Shown piece by piece: positions 37,441 through 46,403 of a stretch of 56,351 nt of DNA. Origin of the DNA: an uncultured Dehalococcoidia bacterium (GTDB taxonomy: Bacteria > Chloroflexota > Dehalococcoidia > Lucifugimonadales > UBA3495); NCBI GenBank assembly GCA_950072105.1, contig CATMOE010000018.1:1-56351 (forward strand), written 5' to 3'. The notes under the pieces are model-generated. The model was not told where the DNA came from, did no database searches, and saw only the letters and a list, made by a program, of their open reading frames with translations. Both the position numbers and the translations under genes were made by a program. Position 1 is the first letter of the stretch; each line of letters starts with the position of its first letter.

Positions 37441-39675
37441 GTGGTTGCTTACAAAAATATCGGCCGGTCAACGCCTCGCCTAGAGGGTGAAAGCAAAGTA
37501 ACCGGCGGTGAACGATATACGGGCGACTTGGTGTTGCCGGACATGCTATGGGGCCGCGCCCTCAGAAGCCCTTACCCCCACGCCCGGATCACTCATATCG
37601 ACGCCTCCGGCGCCCAGCAGGTGCCTGGCGTGATGGCCGTGCTAACCGGCGCCGACTTGAGGGGCGTTAGGTACGGGCGGCGCTTGTACGATGTGCCGGT
37701 GCTGGCCGAAGACGAGGTGCGGTTCGTCGGAGAGCGGGTGGCGGCCGTCGCCGCCGTTGACCGGGATACCGCTGAAGAGGCCCTGCTTCGCATCGAGGTC
37801 GAATACGAAGAGCTACCCGCGGTGTACGACCCCCTGGATGCCCTGGAGCCGGGCGCGCCCATCCTACATCCCGACGTCAACAGCTACACGGGTCTGCCCC
37901 GTCTCCTGGACACGGTAACCAACGCCTTTGTGCGTGACACCTGGGGCAAAGGCAACGTGGCGGAAGGATTTGCCCAGGCCGATGTGATAGTTGAGGGCAC
38001 TTTCACCGTGGCTAGACAACACCAATCCTACTTGGAGAGCCACACGTGCCTAGTTTGGATCGACGAGACAGGCCGAGTGCAGGTGTGGGCGTCCAGCAAA
38101 GTTCCATACGCGATAAAACAGCAACTGTCCGCAGCCTGGGGCATTCCGGAGGAACGCATCAGGATCAATCCCGTTAGTATCGGTGGCGATTTTGGTGGAA
38201 AAGGCTCTCCCATGGACATTCCCCTGGCCTACTACCTGGCCGACCGGACCGGCCGTCCCGTAAAGATGGCCATGGACTACATCGAGGAATTTACCGCTGG
38301 CAACCCCCGCCATGCCGCCGTTATCCAACTCAAGACCGGCGTCATGCGTGACGGAACAATGGTCGCTCAGGAGTCCCACGTTTACTTCAACAGCGGCGCA
38401 TACGGAGGCTTCAAGCCAGCGCCGGGAGTGAACCTGGGCGGCTCCTCCAAGGCCGGTGGACCCTACCGAATACCCCACGTTCATCTCGAAGGTATTCAGG
38501 TCTACACGAACACCGTGCCCGGAGGTTTCATGCGGGCACCCGGCGAGCCCCAGACGGTATTTGCCTCCGAGTCCCACATGGACGAGATCGCCCGGCAGTT
38601 GGGGATGGACCCCCTGGATCTGCGGATGAAAAACATGCTGGAGGAGGGCGACGAGAACCCCTTGGGGACCGTGTATGAGAATATCCGGGCCAAAGAAACG
38701 CTGGAAGCGGCGGTGACCGTTTCAGGATACCGAAATTCCAAGGCCCCTAACGTCGGCCGCGGGGTAGCAGTGTCCGACAGACCCACTGCGGGCGGTGAAT
38801 CCCATGCTTCCGTCACATTGAATCCCGACGGTTCCGTGGTGGTTCACACCGCCATTTTTGAGCCTGGTACTGGCACTTACACGCTGTTGAGGCAGATCGT
38901 AGGCGAAGAGTTCAATCTGTCGGTCGACGCTATCGAAGTTCAAGTCTGGGATACCGACGGTGTACCCTTTGACACTGGCGTTGGCGGTAGTAGGGTAACT
39001 AGAGTAGCGGGCTTGGCGGCTCAACAAGCAGCTCGGGCAGCGTCCAACGAGTTGATCAGCATCGGAGCGGATCTCCTGGGTTGGCCCGAAGAGCACATGT
39101 CGATGCAAGGACTTCAAATAGTTCGGCAAGATAACGGCGATCAACAGCCATGGTCCGGCCTATTGCTGCGGCTGGGGCGTCCAATCGTGGGTGTTGGCCA
39201 TGTGCGGGAACCGGTTCCGGCGCCCGTCAGCTCCTTCACCGCCCAGGTGGCCGAGGTGAAGGTAGACCCCGAGACGGGAGAGGTGGAACTCCTGCGGTTC
39301 ACGACGGCACACGACGCGGGCAAAGTCCTGAATCCCGTGGATCACCAAGGGCAGATCGATGGGGCGATAATCCAAGGCATCGGTTACGCCCTGTCGGAAG
39401 AACTGGTCGTGGACGAAGGACGAGTAACCACCAGCACCTTCGGCGAGTACAAGATTCCCACCATCAAAGACATACCGGAGCTACTAACCGTGGTCCTGGA
39501 GTCGGATGCCGGACCCGGACCGTACAACGCCAAAGGCATCGGAGAAAGCCCTTGCGGCGCAATAGCCCCGGCCATCGCCAACGCGGTGCGCGACGCCGTG
39601 GGAGCCCGCGTGAGAAGCTTGCCCATCACTTCGGAAAAGGTGGTTCAGGCCTTGGTTGATGCGAAGGGGAGCTGA
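37441..39675 (+). CDS. Xanthine dehydrogenase-family molybdopterin-binding (large) subunit
   Basis: KVTGG..Y, RSPYPHA, IGGDFGGKG, FMRAPGEPQ, GVGGSRVT, AKGIGE; GGAGG before GTG 37441. Confidence 0.92.
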   Translation: MVAYKNIGRSTPRLEGESKVTGGERYTGDLVLPDMLWGRALRSPYPHARITHIDASGAQQVPGVMAVLTGADLRGVRYGRRLYDVPVLAEDEVRFVGERVAAVAAVDRDTAEEALLRIEVEYEELPAVYDPLDALEPGAPILHPDVNSYTGLPRLLDTVTNAFVRDTWGKGNVAEGFAQADVIVEGTFTVARQHQSYLESHTCLVWIDETGRVQVWASSKVPYAIKQQLSAAWGIPEERIRINPVSIGGDFGGKGSPMDIPLAYYLADRTGRPVKMAMDYIEEFTAGNPRHAAVIQLKTGVMRDGTMVAQESHVYFNSGAYGGFKPAPGVNLGGSSKAGGPYRIPHVHLEGIQVYTNTVPGGFMRAPGEPQTVFASESHMDEIARQLGMDPLDLRMKNMLEEGDENPLGTVYENIRAKETLEAAVTVSGYRNSKAPNVGRGVAVSDRPTAGGESHASVTLNPDGSVVVHTAIFEPGTGTYTLLRQIVGEEFNLSVDAIEVQVWDTDGVPFDTGVGGSRVTRVAGLAAQQAARAASNELISIGADLLGWPEEHMSMQGLQIVRQDNGDQQPWSGLLLRLGRPIVGVGHVREPVPAPVSSFTAQVAEVKVDPETGEVELLRFTTAHDAGKVLNPVDHQGQIDGAIIQGIGYALSEELVVDEGRVTTSTFGEYKIPTIKDIPELLTVVLESDAGPGPYNAKGIGESPCGAIAPAIANAVRDAVGARVRSLPITSEKVVQALVDAKGS

Positions 39676-39683
39676 GGCAGAGA

Positions 39684-39729
39684 CGAAATCCCCCATCCCC
39701 CTTTACGAAGGGGGGTTAGACCGGGGTTT
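39684..39729. repeat. REP-like C/G-run palindromic element, copy B
   Basis: CGAAATCCCCCATCCCCCTTTACGAAGGGGGGTTAGACCGGGGTTT; CCCCCTT/AAGGGGG hairpin. Confidence 0.6.
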
Positions 39730-39825
39730 TGCCACTCCCACGCCAACGTTGACAGCCCACGCCTCTCCCAATACACTCCCCCTCGTTAGCAACCTCGCCT
39801 GAAGCCACGACCTTTGGGCGTCTTG

Positions 39826-40581
39826 ATGGAGATTCCGGTGGCGAAGAACAAGATTTACGAAACCTTCGACCAAGCCGTGGCGGGCATACCTGACGGCTCT
39901 ACCATCATGTTTCCCGGCTTCGGTGGCATCGGCTCGCCGCAGAACCTGATCGCCGCTTTGCACCGGTTAGGGGCCAAGAACCTTACCGGCGTCTCCAACG
40001 GCCACGGCGGCACCGACGGCCGGGTCGATGTGGGGACGTTGATCGAGGCTGGTCAGATGCGAAAGATGATCTGCGCCTTTACCGCTCCGACCCACCCGTC
40101 GCGCGTGACTCCCTTCGCCAAGCTGTACGCCGATGGCGAGATAGAAGCGGAATTGGTGCCCCAGGGCACTTTGGCCGAGCGGATCCGTTGCGCCGGAGCG
40201 GGTATCGGCGGCTTCTTCACCCCCACCAGCGTGGGGACTGAGCTAGCCGAGGGAAAAGAGCATCGAGAGATCAACGGCCGGACGTACGTTCTGGAATACC
40301 CCATGCCTGCCGACTACGCATTCATTCGTGCTTGGAAAGCCGATACAATGGGGAACCTCCAGTTCCGCATGGCCCAGCGTAACTTCAACCCCATCATGGC
40401 CATGGCGGCCACCATCACCATCGTGGAAGTAGAAAACGACATCGCCGCTCCCGGTGATCTGGACCCGGATCAGATTCAGACTCCGGGGATCTACGTCGAC
40501 CGCATCGTACGCATACCCGAGGACGGTATCTGGCCGGAAGTCGCCGGGGGACCGTCCGGCACCGGCAGAACTTTCGCCTGA
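39826..40581 (+). CDS. 3-oxoacid/family I CoA-transferase subunit A
   Basis: DGSTIMFPGFG, ELVPQGTLAERIRCAGAGIGGFFTPT, GNLQFR..RNFNPIMAMA; start uncertain (39814-39838). Confidence 0.9.
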   Translation: MEIPVAKNKIYETFDQAVAGIPDGSTIMFPGFGGIGSPQNLIAALHRLGAKNLTGVSNGHGGTDGRVDVGTLIEAGQMRKMICAFTAPTHPSRVTPFAKLYADGEIEAELVPQGTLAERIRCAGAGIGGFFTPTSVGTELAEGKEHREINGRTYVLEYPMPADYAFIRAWKADTMGNLQFRMAQRNFNPIMAMAATITIVEVENDIAAPGDLDPDQIQTPGIYVDRIVRIPEDGIWPEVAGGPSGTGRTFA

Positions 40582-40634
40582 TCAAGGCGCTGTCCTAAGT
40601 CCTAGAACCGCAAAATGAGCCGACGGCACGTTCC

Positions 40635-40886
40635 ATGTTTCGCTTTTTCTGGTTAGCTTTCATGCCGCTGCTGATAGTAGCCTGTTCCGCTGCCCCATCC
40701 CCTGTCGATCAACAGACCACGTTGCGATGTGTCGATTGCCGAACAACGCCGGTCCTGGGCATCGTTGACTGAGACACCTTGGATACGCTACCCGGACGGA
40801 TCAGACTATTTGGCGTCGATACCCCGGAAAGAGGAGAGCGCTGCTATAAGGAAGCGAAGACGACGGGAACGGGCTGCCTCTGGTAA
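40635..40886 (+). pseudogene. Thermonuclease (SNase)-family lipoprotein remnant, not in the ORF track
   Basis: MFRFFWLAFMPLLIVAC lipobox, IVD*DT (VxDGDT with GGA>TGA at 40770), RIRLFGVDTPERGERCYKEA, then truncated. Confidence 0.7.
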
Positions 40887-41012
40887 GCCTCGGTCTGCGG
40901 ATCGCCACTCCGGTTGACACTCCATTCTCCAGGTAGTAACGTTCACGCCACCGCTCGGCGGCCCACGCCGCTGAAACGAAGTTACAGTCGCGACTAGAAG
41001 AGGAGGGACCCC

Positions 41013-41819
41013 ATGGCCAAATACGAAGGTATGCTAGCAGAAACCGTACTTATCAATGGACACAACGGCGACCAGATAGACGCTTATCTGGCGCGCCCAC
41101 TGGGAGGCAACCCTGTCGGCGCCGTAGTTCTGATCCATCACATGCCGGGATGGGACGAAGCGTCCAAAGAGATGGCCCGCAAGCTTGCCTACAACGGCTT
41201 CGCAACCATATCGCCCAACCTGCATTTCCGCCAAGGCCAAGCGACTCCCCAGGACAACAGCACCAGCATCCGGGACGCTGGCGGAATGCCCGACGACCGC
41301 ACCATGGGCGACGTACAGGCTGCCATCGACTATTTGCGGACGTTGCCTTACACCAACGGCAAAGTTGGCATAATTGGGTTCTGCTCAGGAGGACGGCAGG
41401 TCGTCCTGGGCGCCTGCACGCTGGAAGGCGTCGATGCCGCCGTGAATTGCTGGGGCGGCGGAGTAACTCCCCGGGACAGCGAACCCGCCACGCCGGCAAT
41501 GCCGAAATCGCCCATCGATTTCATCTCCTACCTGAGTTGCCCATTACTGGGTATTTTCGGGAACGATGACGCCAGACCCACTCCGGAAGAGGTGAATGTT
41601 CTCGAGGCAGCGCTGAAAGCGAACAACAAGACCTACGAGTTCCACCGGTACGACAATGCCGGGCACGGCTTCTTCGCCGTGGACCGTCCCAGCTACGCGC
41701 AGGAAGCCGCTGTGGCCGGTTGGGGCGAGGCCCTTGCCTGGTTCAACAAATATCTCGGCGGCGGCACCGGCGCCAACGGTCAGGGCGCGGCTCAAGTTCC
41801 CACCACCGTCCGCGCCTAG
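41013..41819 (+). CDS. Dienelactone hydrolase family protein
   Basis: GFCSGG nucleophile, GNDD, AGHGFF. Confidence 0.9.
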   Translation: MAKYEGMLAETVLINGHNGDQIDAYLARPLGGNPVGAVVLIHHMPGWDEASKEMARKLAYNGFATISPNLHFRQGQATPQDNSTSIRDAGGMPDDRTMGDVQAAIDYLRTLPYTNGKVGIIGFCSGGRQVVLGACTLEGVDAAVNCWGGGVTPRDSEPATPAMPKSPIDFISYLSCPLLGIFGNDDARPTPEEVNVLEAALKANNKTYEFHRYDNAGHGFFAVDRPSYAQEAAVAGWGEALAWFNKYLGGGTGANGQGAAQVPTTVRA

Positions 41820-41881
41820 GCTCTTTTCGCTGCCACATCTAGTCCGGCCGTCGTCCAGGCGCGGACTACTGGAAGCGATCG

Positions 41882-41921
41882 ACACACCCCCCGGAAAGAC
41901 TCCGGAGGGTGTGTTTTTTTC
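41882..41921 (+). terminator. Intrinsic terminator
   Basis: ACACACCC(C)CCGGA...TCCGGAGGGTGTGT followed by a T run. Confidence 0.8.
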
Positions 41922-42120
41922 TTGCCCATCGAAGCCCGGCCGTTAATTTTCGCCTGCAGCCTGGGCCCCGGTAGGACGACTCGGTCACAGCTACTTCCAA
42001 GAGACTGTGTTTTAAATGCTCGAATACGGTTTAATGTGCAATAAGTGCTGCCCCGTCGCTGGCATACATTGCTGATTACGGGTGGGTATGCTGGCAGGAA
42101 GTTTGAGGTGAATCACCGCT

Positions 42121-42492
42121 ATGATTCCCAGAACGTATCCTTCAGTCCAATCGAGATCCACTATGTTGAAAACCAGGATTTTGGTAATCATTACCGTGGG
42201 TATGAGTGTGGGGTTTTTGTTGGGGATGGGAGTATCGGCCCTACTCCGAGCTATGATAGCCGGAGGTGACAGGGGCTTGGAGATGACTTTCACGGCTCTC
42301 GTCGTGTTTATGGCCGGGATTTTGATAACCTACGGTCTCAAGTTCTCTCCCGCCGGCGAGGCAACGGATGTGCCCAGGAACGAAATGCACTTAAGCAGTC
42401 CGCAGGCCCTCGACATGGAAACAGCAGAGACAACGCCAACCCTGGCGGCGAGTGAAGCAACTTTGCCCGGAGGGGTTTCAAGCTTGACTTGA
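42121..42492 (+). CDS. Hypothetical membrane protein (2 TM)
   Basis: Two hydrophobic helices and a low-complexity tail; start uncertain. Confidence 0.45.
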   Translation: MIPRTYPSVQSRSTMLKTRILVIITVGMSVGFLLGMGVSALLRAMIAGGDRGLEMTFTALVVFMAGILITYGLKFSPAGEATDVPRNEMHLSSPQALDMETAETTPTLAASEATLPGGVSSLT

Positions 42493-42557
42493 AAACCTGA
42501 TGAGTCGCAAATAGCTACCAAGTCCGGCGGCGGCCGGCGGCGAATCAGTTGCTTGGA

Positions 42558-42845
42558 CTATCCGGCTACCTGGAAACGCTCCGATTCTGGAGGTTTAGCC
42601 CAAAGTTCGCCGGCCCCAGCCATGGCCACGGTCCGCTCGGGACTGGCGCGCCAGGCATCGTAAATCTCGTTGCTGTCCCAGGTGACGAGAGTAGTGATTT
42701 TTGACGGGTCGTCGATGGAATAGAGAGTTTCCCGGCTGCCGAAGCCGGGGGCCTTGCTCTGAGCCAAGCCGTTCCCATCCAGCAACTTCTTAGCCTCTTC
42801 AATCTTGTCTGCTTTTGCCCAATGATGGGTCAGAACTCCAATCAT
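42558..42845 (-). CDS. ABM-domain monooxygenase-like protein
   Basis: APGF...ITTLVTWDS..YDAWRASPER. Confidence 0.7.
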   Translation of the reverse strand: MIGVLTHHWAKADKIEEAKKLLDGNGLAQSKAPGFGSRETLYSIDDPSKITTLVTWDSNEIYDAWRASPERTVAMAGAGELWAKPPESERFQVAG

Positions 42846-42862
42846 GTTAACCGCCTTTGCCG

Positions 42863-42919
42863 GCTATTAGCGATCAGCTTACAGCCCCTTTCAAAAGCTG
42901 ATAGCTGACCGCTGATAGC
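42863..42919. repeat. Inverted array of GCTGAYN heptamers
   Basis: GCTATTAGCGATCAGCTTACAGC is an imperfect reverse complement of GCTGATAGCTGACCGCTGATAGC. Confidence 0.55.
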
Positions 42920-42939
42920 TCGAGTATATCACCGCAGGC

Positions 42940-44361
42940 TCAACTAGAATCATTCGGACTTTCAACCGAGCCTTTCACCTTGAGAGCCGCTCCGGCCACA
43001 AGGGCCAGCAGGGCCACACCCCCGCTTAAAACCGCGCCCATTTTGGCCGGGTCTTGAAACGGTGGACCGGCAAACGCCTTGCCCGCCACGAATAGGGCCA
43101 CCGTCAGGCCTAAGCCGGCGATCAAACCCGCAACCGCCAGGTGCCTGAGGTCCATGCCCGTTGGAAGGGGGAAGCCCATCTTGACGGCTGCCCAAGAGAA
43201 AAGAGTTACCCCCGCAGTTTTACCGACAACCAACGATATAAGAACGATGAAGGTAACCTTGCCTATAAACCCAAAAGCCACACCGGCGTTGACGAACGCG
43301 AAGAAGAACAGACCAACGTCCACAAAGAGCTTCAGCTGACGCTCAAACAGTTCCAAGGCGCTGTTGCTATCATGGGCGCCGGCGATTCCCTCAGCAACAA
43401 CTTCGGCATCGCGTTCCACTGAGCGATGGTCTGCCGGAGCGGCCTTTTGCGCAACGGCCGCGGGAAGAAAGGGCACGATGGGGACCAGGGCCAATGCCGG
43501 CTCGATCGATGCTTTTACCAGGCCGATCCAGCTAAGAGTCCCAGCGATCGCCACATAAGGGACCCATGAGGCAACACCCAGCCGCCGCATGGCGAATGCG
43601 ACCCCCATGCCGGCAACGGTCAACAGTAGCCACGCCGGCATGACTGGGAGTTCCGGGTCCGGGTAAAAGACCGCGATGATGCCGAGGCCTATCCCGTCGT
43701 CCGCCACCGCCAGAAGGAGCAAGAAGTTGACCGCCGGGTGCCGGTAGCCGAATACCAGCCGGGCCACCAGCCAGGCCAGAGCGATGTCGGTTGCCGTGGG
43801 GATGGCCCAGCCGTTGGCCACGGTTTTAAAGTCTTCCGTTCCTCCGTAGAATACGAACGCTAGTAACAGGTACATCCCGGCCGGTCCCAGCACCCCTCCG
43901 ATGGTGCCCAATATCGGGTTGATCGCCTTCTCCACCGGGTTCAGGGCGCCGCCGGGCAAGATCGATTCCGTTATCTCTTTGGTAGCAACTCCGAAGAAAA
44001 AGACCATGAAGATGCTGTTGATCAAGAAGTGCACGGTGATGGCGTGTCCGAACAAAACCGCACCGTCGCCAAAGACGTGGTAATCCACCATCTCTTCGTA
44101 CCAGTGCGGATCAAGGTTGGCGGCGAGCATGCCCGCGACAACGCCCAAAATGAGAAAGATAGAGAACTTCTGCAGGAGGCCGATCAGGTTCCGGGTCTGG
44201 TACAAATCTTCTCCAGTTGCTAGTGGTTTACCGGCGGCGATTCCCACTCGGCTGAGCAGCGGCGCCGTGGAGCTTGGCGAGGAATCACTTAAAGATAGAA
44301 GTGAGGCGATGCCACCGAGGATGGCTCCAGCCATGATTGGGCAGGTGGGAAATCCAGGCAC
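42940..44361 (-). CDS. nhaA: Na+/H+ antiporter NhaA
   Basis: FLINSIFMVFFFGVATKEI, GWAIPTATDIA, LAVADD, LVVGK, AGLGLTVALF; start uncertain (N-terminal extension). Confidence 0.88.
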   Translation of the reverse strand: MPGFPTCPIMAGAILGGIASLLSLSDSSPSSTAPLLSRVGIAAGKPLATGEDLYQTRNLIGLLQKFSIFLILGVVAGMLAANLDPHWYEEMVDYHVFGDGAVLFGHAITVHFLINSIFMVFFFGVATKEITESILPGGALNPVEKAINPILGTIGGVLGPAGMYLLLAFVFYGGTEDFKTVANGWAIPTATDIALAWLVARLVFGYRHPAVNFLLLLAVADDGIGLGIIAVFYPDPELPVMPAWLLLTVAGMGVAFAMRRLGVASWVPYVAIAGTLSWIGLVKASIEPALALVPIVPFLPAAVAQKAAPADHRSVERDAEVVAEGIAGAHDSNSALELFERQLKLFVDVGLFFFAFVNAGVAFGFIGKVTFIVLISLVVGKTAGVTLFSWAAVKMGFPLPTGMDLRHLAVAGLIAGLGLTVALFVAGKAFAGPPFQDPAKMGAVLSGGVALLALVAGAALKVKGSVESPNDSS

Positions 44362-44435
44362 CTTAATCAGATTATATCACCCATCCCGCGGGCGGCCGGG
44401 CCTGGTATTCTGAGCCTGGAACGAGGCTGTTCAGC

Positions 44436-44495
44436 TTGACAACCCCCAGTGCCTTTGATAGTATCACTGGCATCCCCCACTATCTATGGATAGTG
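44436..44495 (+). promoter_or_regulatory. Sigma70-type promoter plus downstream palindrome ahead of the thrC-like operon
   Basis: TTGACA (44436) - 17 bp - TAGTAT (44459); CACTATC-TATG-GATAGTG at 44478-44495. Confidence 0.6.
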
Positions 44496-44524
44496 CCTAT
44501 TTGTCTATGGAGGTCTAGTCCCCG

Positions 44525-45814
44525 GTGGCTTTTGTTAAGGGATTAATATGCCGTGAGTGCGGCAGGGAGTACCCCGCCGAAGCTCTTAATGTTTGCGACT
44601 ATTGCTTCGGGCCTCTGGAGGTCGTATACGACTACGATACCATCTCCGATGTCATCAGCCGCGAGCGGATCTCCCAAGGCCCATTAAGCATCTGGCGGTA
44701 TCAGGACCTGCTGCCAGCCAATGGCGACGACCCGGTGGATATCATGGCCGGCTACACCCCATTGATAAAAGCCCGCAACCTGGGAAAGAGTCTGGGTCTG
44801 CGCAACCTCTACATCAAGAACGATAGCGTAAACCCATCCTTTTCATTCAAGGATCGGGTGGTTTCCGTGGCTGCCACCAAGGCGATGGAGTTCGAGTTCG
44901 ACACGTTAGCCTGCGCCTCCACCGGCAATCTGGCTTGCAGCGTGGCCGCTCATGCGGCCAGAGCGGGCATACGGGCGGTAGTGTTCATTCCCTGGGACCT
45001 GGAGCGTGGCAAAGTCATCGGCGCCGCCATCTACGGTCCCACGATGGTATCGGTCGAGGGCACCTACGACGAAGTGAACCGGCTTTGCAGCGAGGTAGCC
45101 GACAACTACCCCTGGGCATTCGTAAACATCAACATGCGCCCCTACTACGCCGAGGGCAGCAAAACCCTGGGTTATGAGGTAGCCGAACAGTTGGGCTGGC
45201 GGATTCCCGACCATGTGGTGATTCCCAGCGCATCCGGGGCCATGTTCACCAAGATATGGAAAGGCTTCAACGAGTTAGCATGCCTGGGCCTGTTGGACGG
45301 CGTTGAAGCCGCCTCCTTCGGCCCGGACCAAAACACGGTCCATCATCCGGCGGTGACCACGAAGATGCACATGGCGCAAGCCGTGGGCTGCGCCCCCATA
45401 GTGACCGCGTGGGCCAACGGGCAACCACACGTGTCCCCGGTACGTCCCGACACCATAGCCAAGTCACTAGCCATCGGCAACCCTGCCGACGGCATCTACG
45501 CTATCCGAGTTTTAAAAGAGTCCGGAGGTTCCGCATACGCGGTTCCGGAAGCCGACGTCATCGACGGTATCAAGCTTCTGGCGGAAACGGAAGGGATATT
45601 CACCGAGACCGCCGGCGGCGTAACAGTCTCGGCTTTGAAGAACCTGGCGGACAGTGGCGCTATCAAGCCCGATGAGTTGACGGTGGTCTACATAACCGGC
45701 AACGGGCTGAAGACCCAAGAGGCAGTTGAGGACGTCGTTAATCCTCTGTCCATAAAACCCTCCATGGGTGCCTTCGAGGACGTGATAAGCCAGCGTATCT
45801 CGGTGGGAGGATGA
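44525..45814 (+). CDS. thrC: Threonine synthase-family PLP enzyme with N-terminal Zn ribbon
   Basis: CRECG...CDYC, NPSFSFKDR (PLP Lys), CASTGNLA, EGSKT, TGNGLKT. Confidence 0.85.
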   Translation: MAFVKGLICRECGREYPAEALNVCDYCFGPLEVVYDYDTISDVISRERISQGPLSIWRYQDLLPANGDDPVDIMAGYTPLIKARNLGKSLGLRNLYIKNDSVNPSFSFKDRVVSVAATKAMEFEFDTLACASTGNLACSVAAHAARAGIRAVVFIPWDLERGKVIGAAIYGPTMVSVEGTYDEVNRLCSEVADNYPWAFVNINMRPYYAEGSKTLGYEVAEQLGWRIPDHVVIPSASGAMFTKIWKGFNELACLGLLDGVEAASFGPDQNTVHHPAVTTKMHMAQAVGCAPIVTAWANGQPHVSPVRPDTIAKSLAIGNPADGIYAIRVLKESGGSAYAVPEADVIDGIKLLAETEGIFTETAGGVTVSALKNLADSGAIKPDELTVVYITGNGLKTQEAVEDVVNPLSIKPSMGAFEDVISQRISVGG

Positions 45815-45820
45815 TGAACG

Positions 45821-46063
45821 ATGGGGACGCAAAGGGTCAAGTTCACGTTCATGACGCAGATGGTCAAAGAGCCGATAATTTATCAACTGGGCCAAAACTT
45901 TAATCTGGTCACCAACATCCGCCGGGCCGACGTACGTGAAGACATGGGCTGGGTAGTGTTGGAACTCGATGGAGACGACACGGAGATTCAGCGTGGTCTG
46001 GACTGGGTCAGCGCCATCGGAGTGAGGGTTGACCCCCTCAGCGGAGACGTGATTGAGGGTTAG
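45821..46063 (+). CDS. NIL-domain protein
   Basis: EPIIYQLG..FNLVTNIRRADV...GWVVLELDG. Confidence 0.85.
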   Translation: MGTQRVKFTFMTQMVKEPIIYQLGQNFNLVTNIRRADVREDMGWVVLELDGDDTEIQRGLDWVSAIGVRVDPLSGDVIEG

Positions 46064-46124
46064 ACCGTGGTTTCTCACCGCTGTATCCTGACTGCCGGTT
46101 TAAGCTTTAGGAGGACATCCACTA

Positions 46125-46403
46125 ATGAGTGTCATGGTTCGAATACCCACTCCCCTACGCCGCATGACCAATGGAGAATCCAAGGTTGAAATGGAATCGT
46201 CCAACCTTGGCGAGTTGGTAGAGAAATTGGATGGCGCCTATCCAGGATTCAAGGACCGGTTGGTGGATGAGAACGGGGAGTTGCGGTACTTCGTAAACAT
46301 CTACGTCAATGGCGAAGATGTGCGCTTCCTGGACGGCTTGGGAACCGCGATCAGTTCCGGGTCCGAAGTAAGCATCGTACCGGCCGTCGCCGGCGGGAAC
46401 TAG
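46125..46403 (+). CDS. MoaD/ThiS/CysO-like ubiquitin-fold sulfur carrier
   Basis: VRIPTPLR, FVNIYVNGEDVRFL, SIVPAVAGG-N C-terminus. Confidence 0.9.
   Translation: MSVMVRIPTPLRRMTNGESKVEMESSNLGELVEKLDGAYPGFKDRLVDENGELRYFVNIYVNGEDVRFLDGLGTAISSGSEVSIVPAVAGGN

Noticed and set aside
40770..40772. In-frame TGA in the SNase remnant as Sec or as code-25 Gly
   Set aside because: It aligns to the Gly of DGDT in a gene that is also truncated; this is a simple nonsense mutation.
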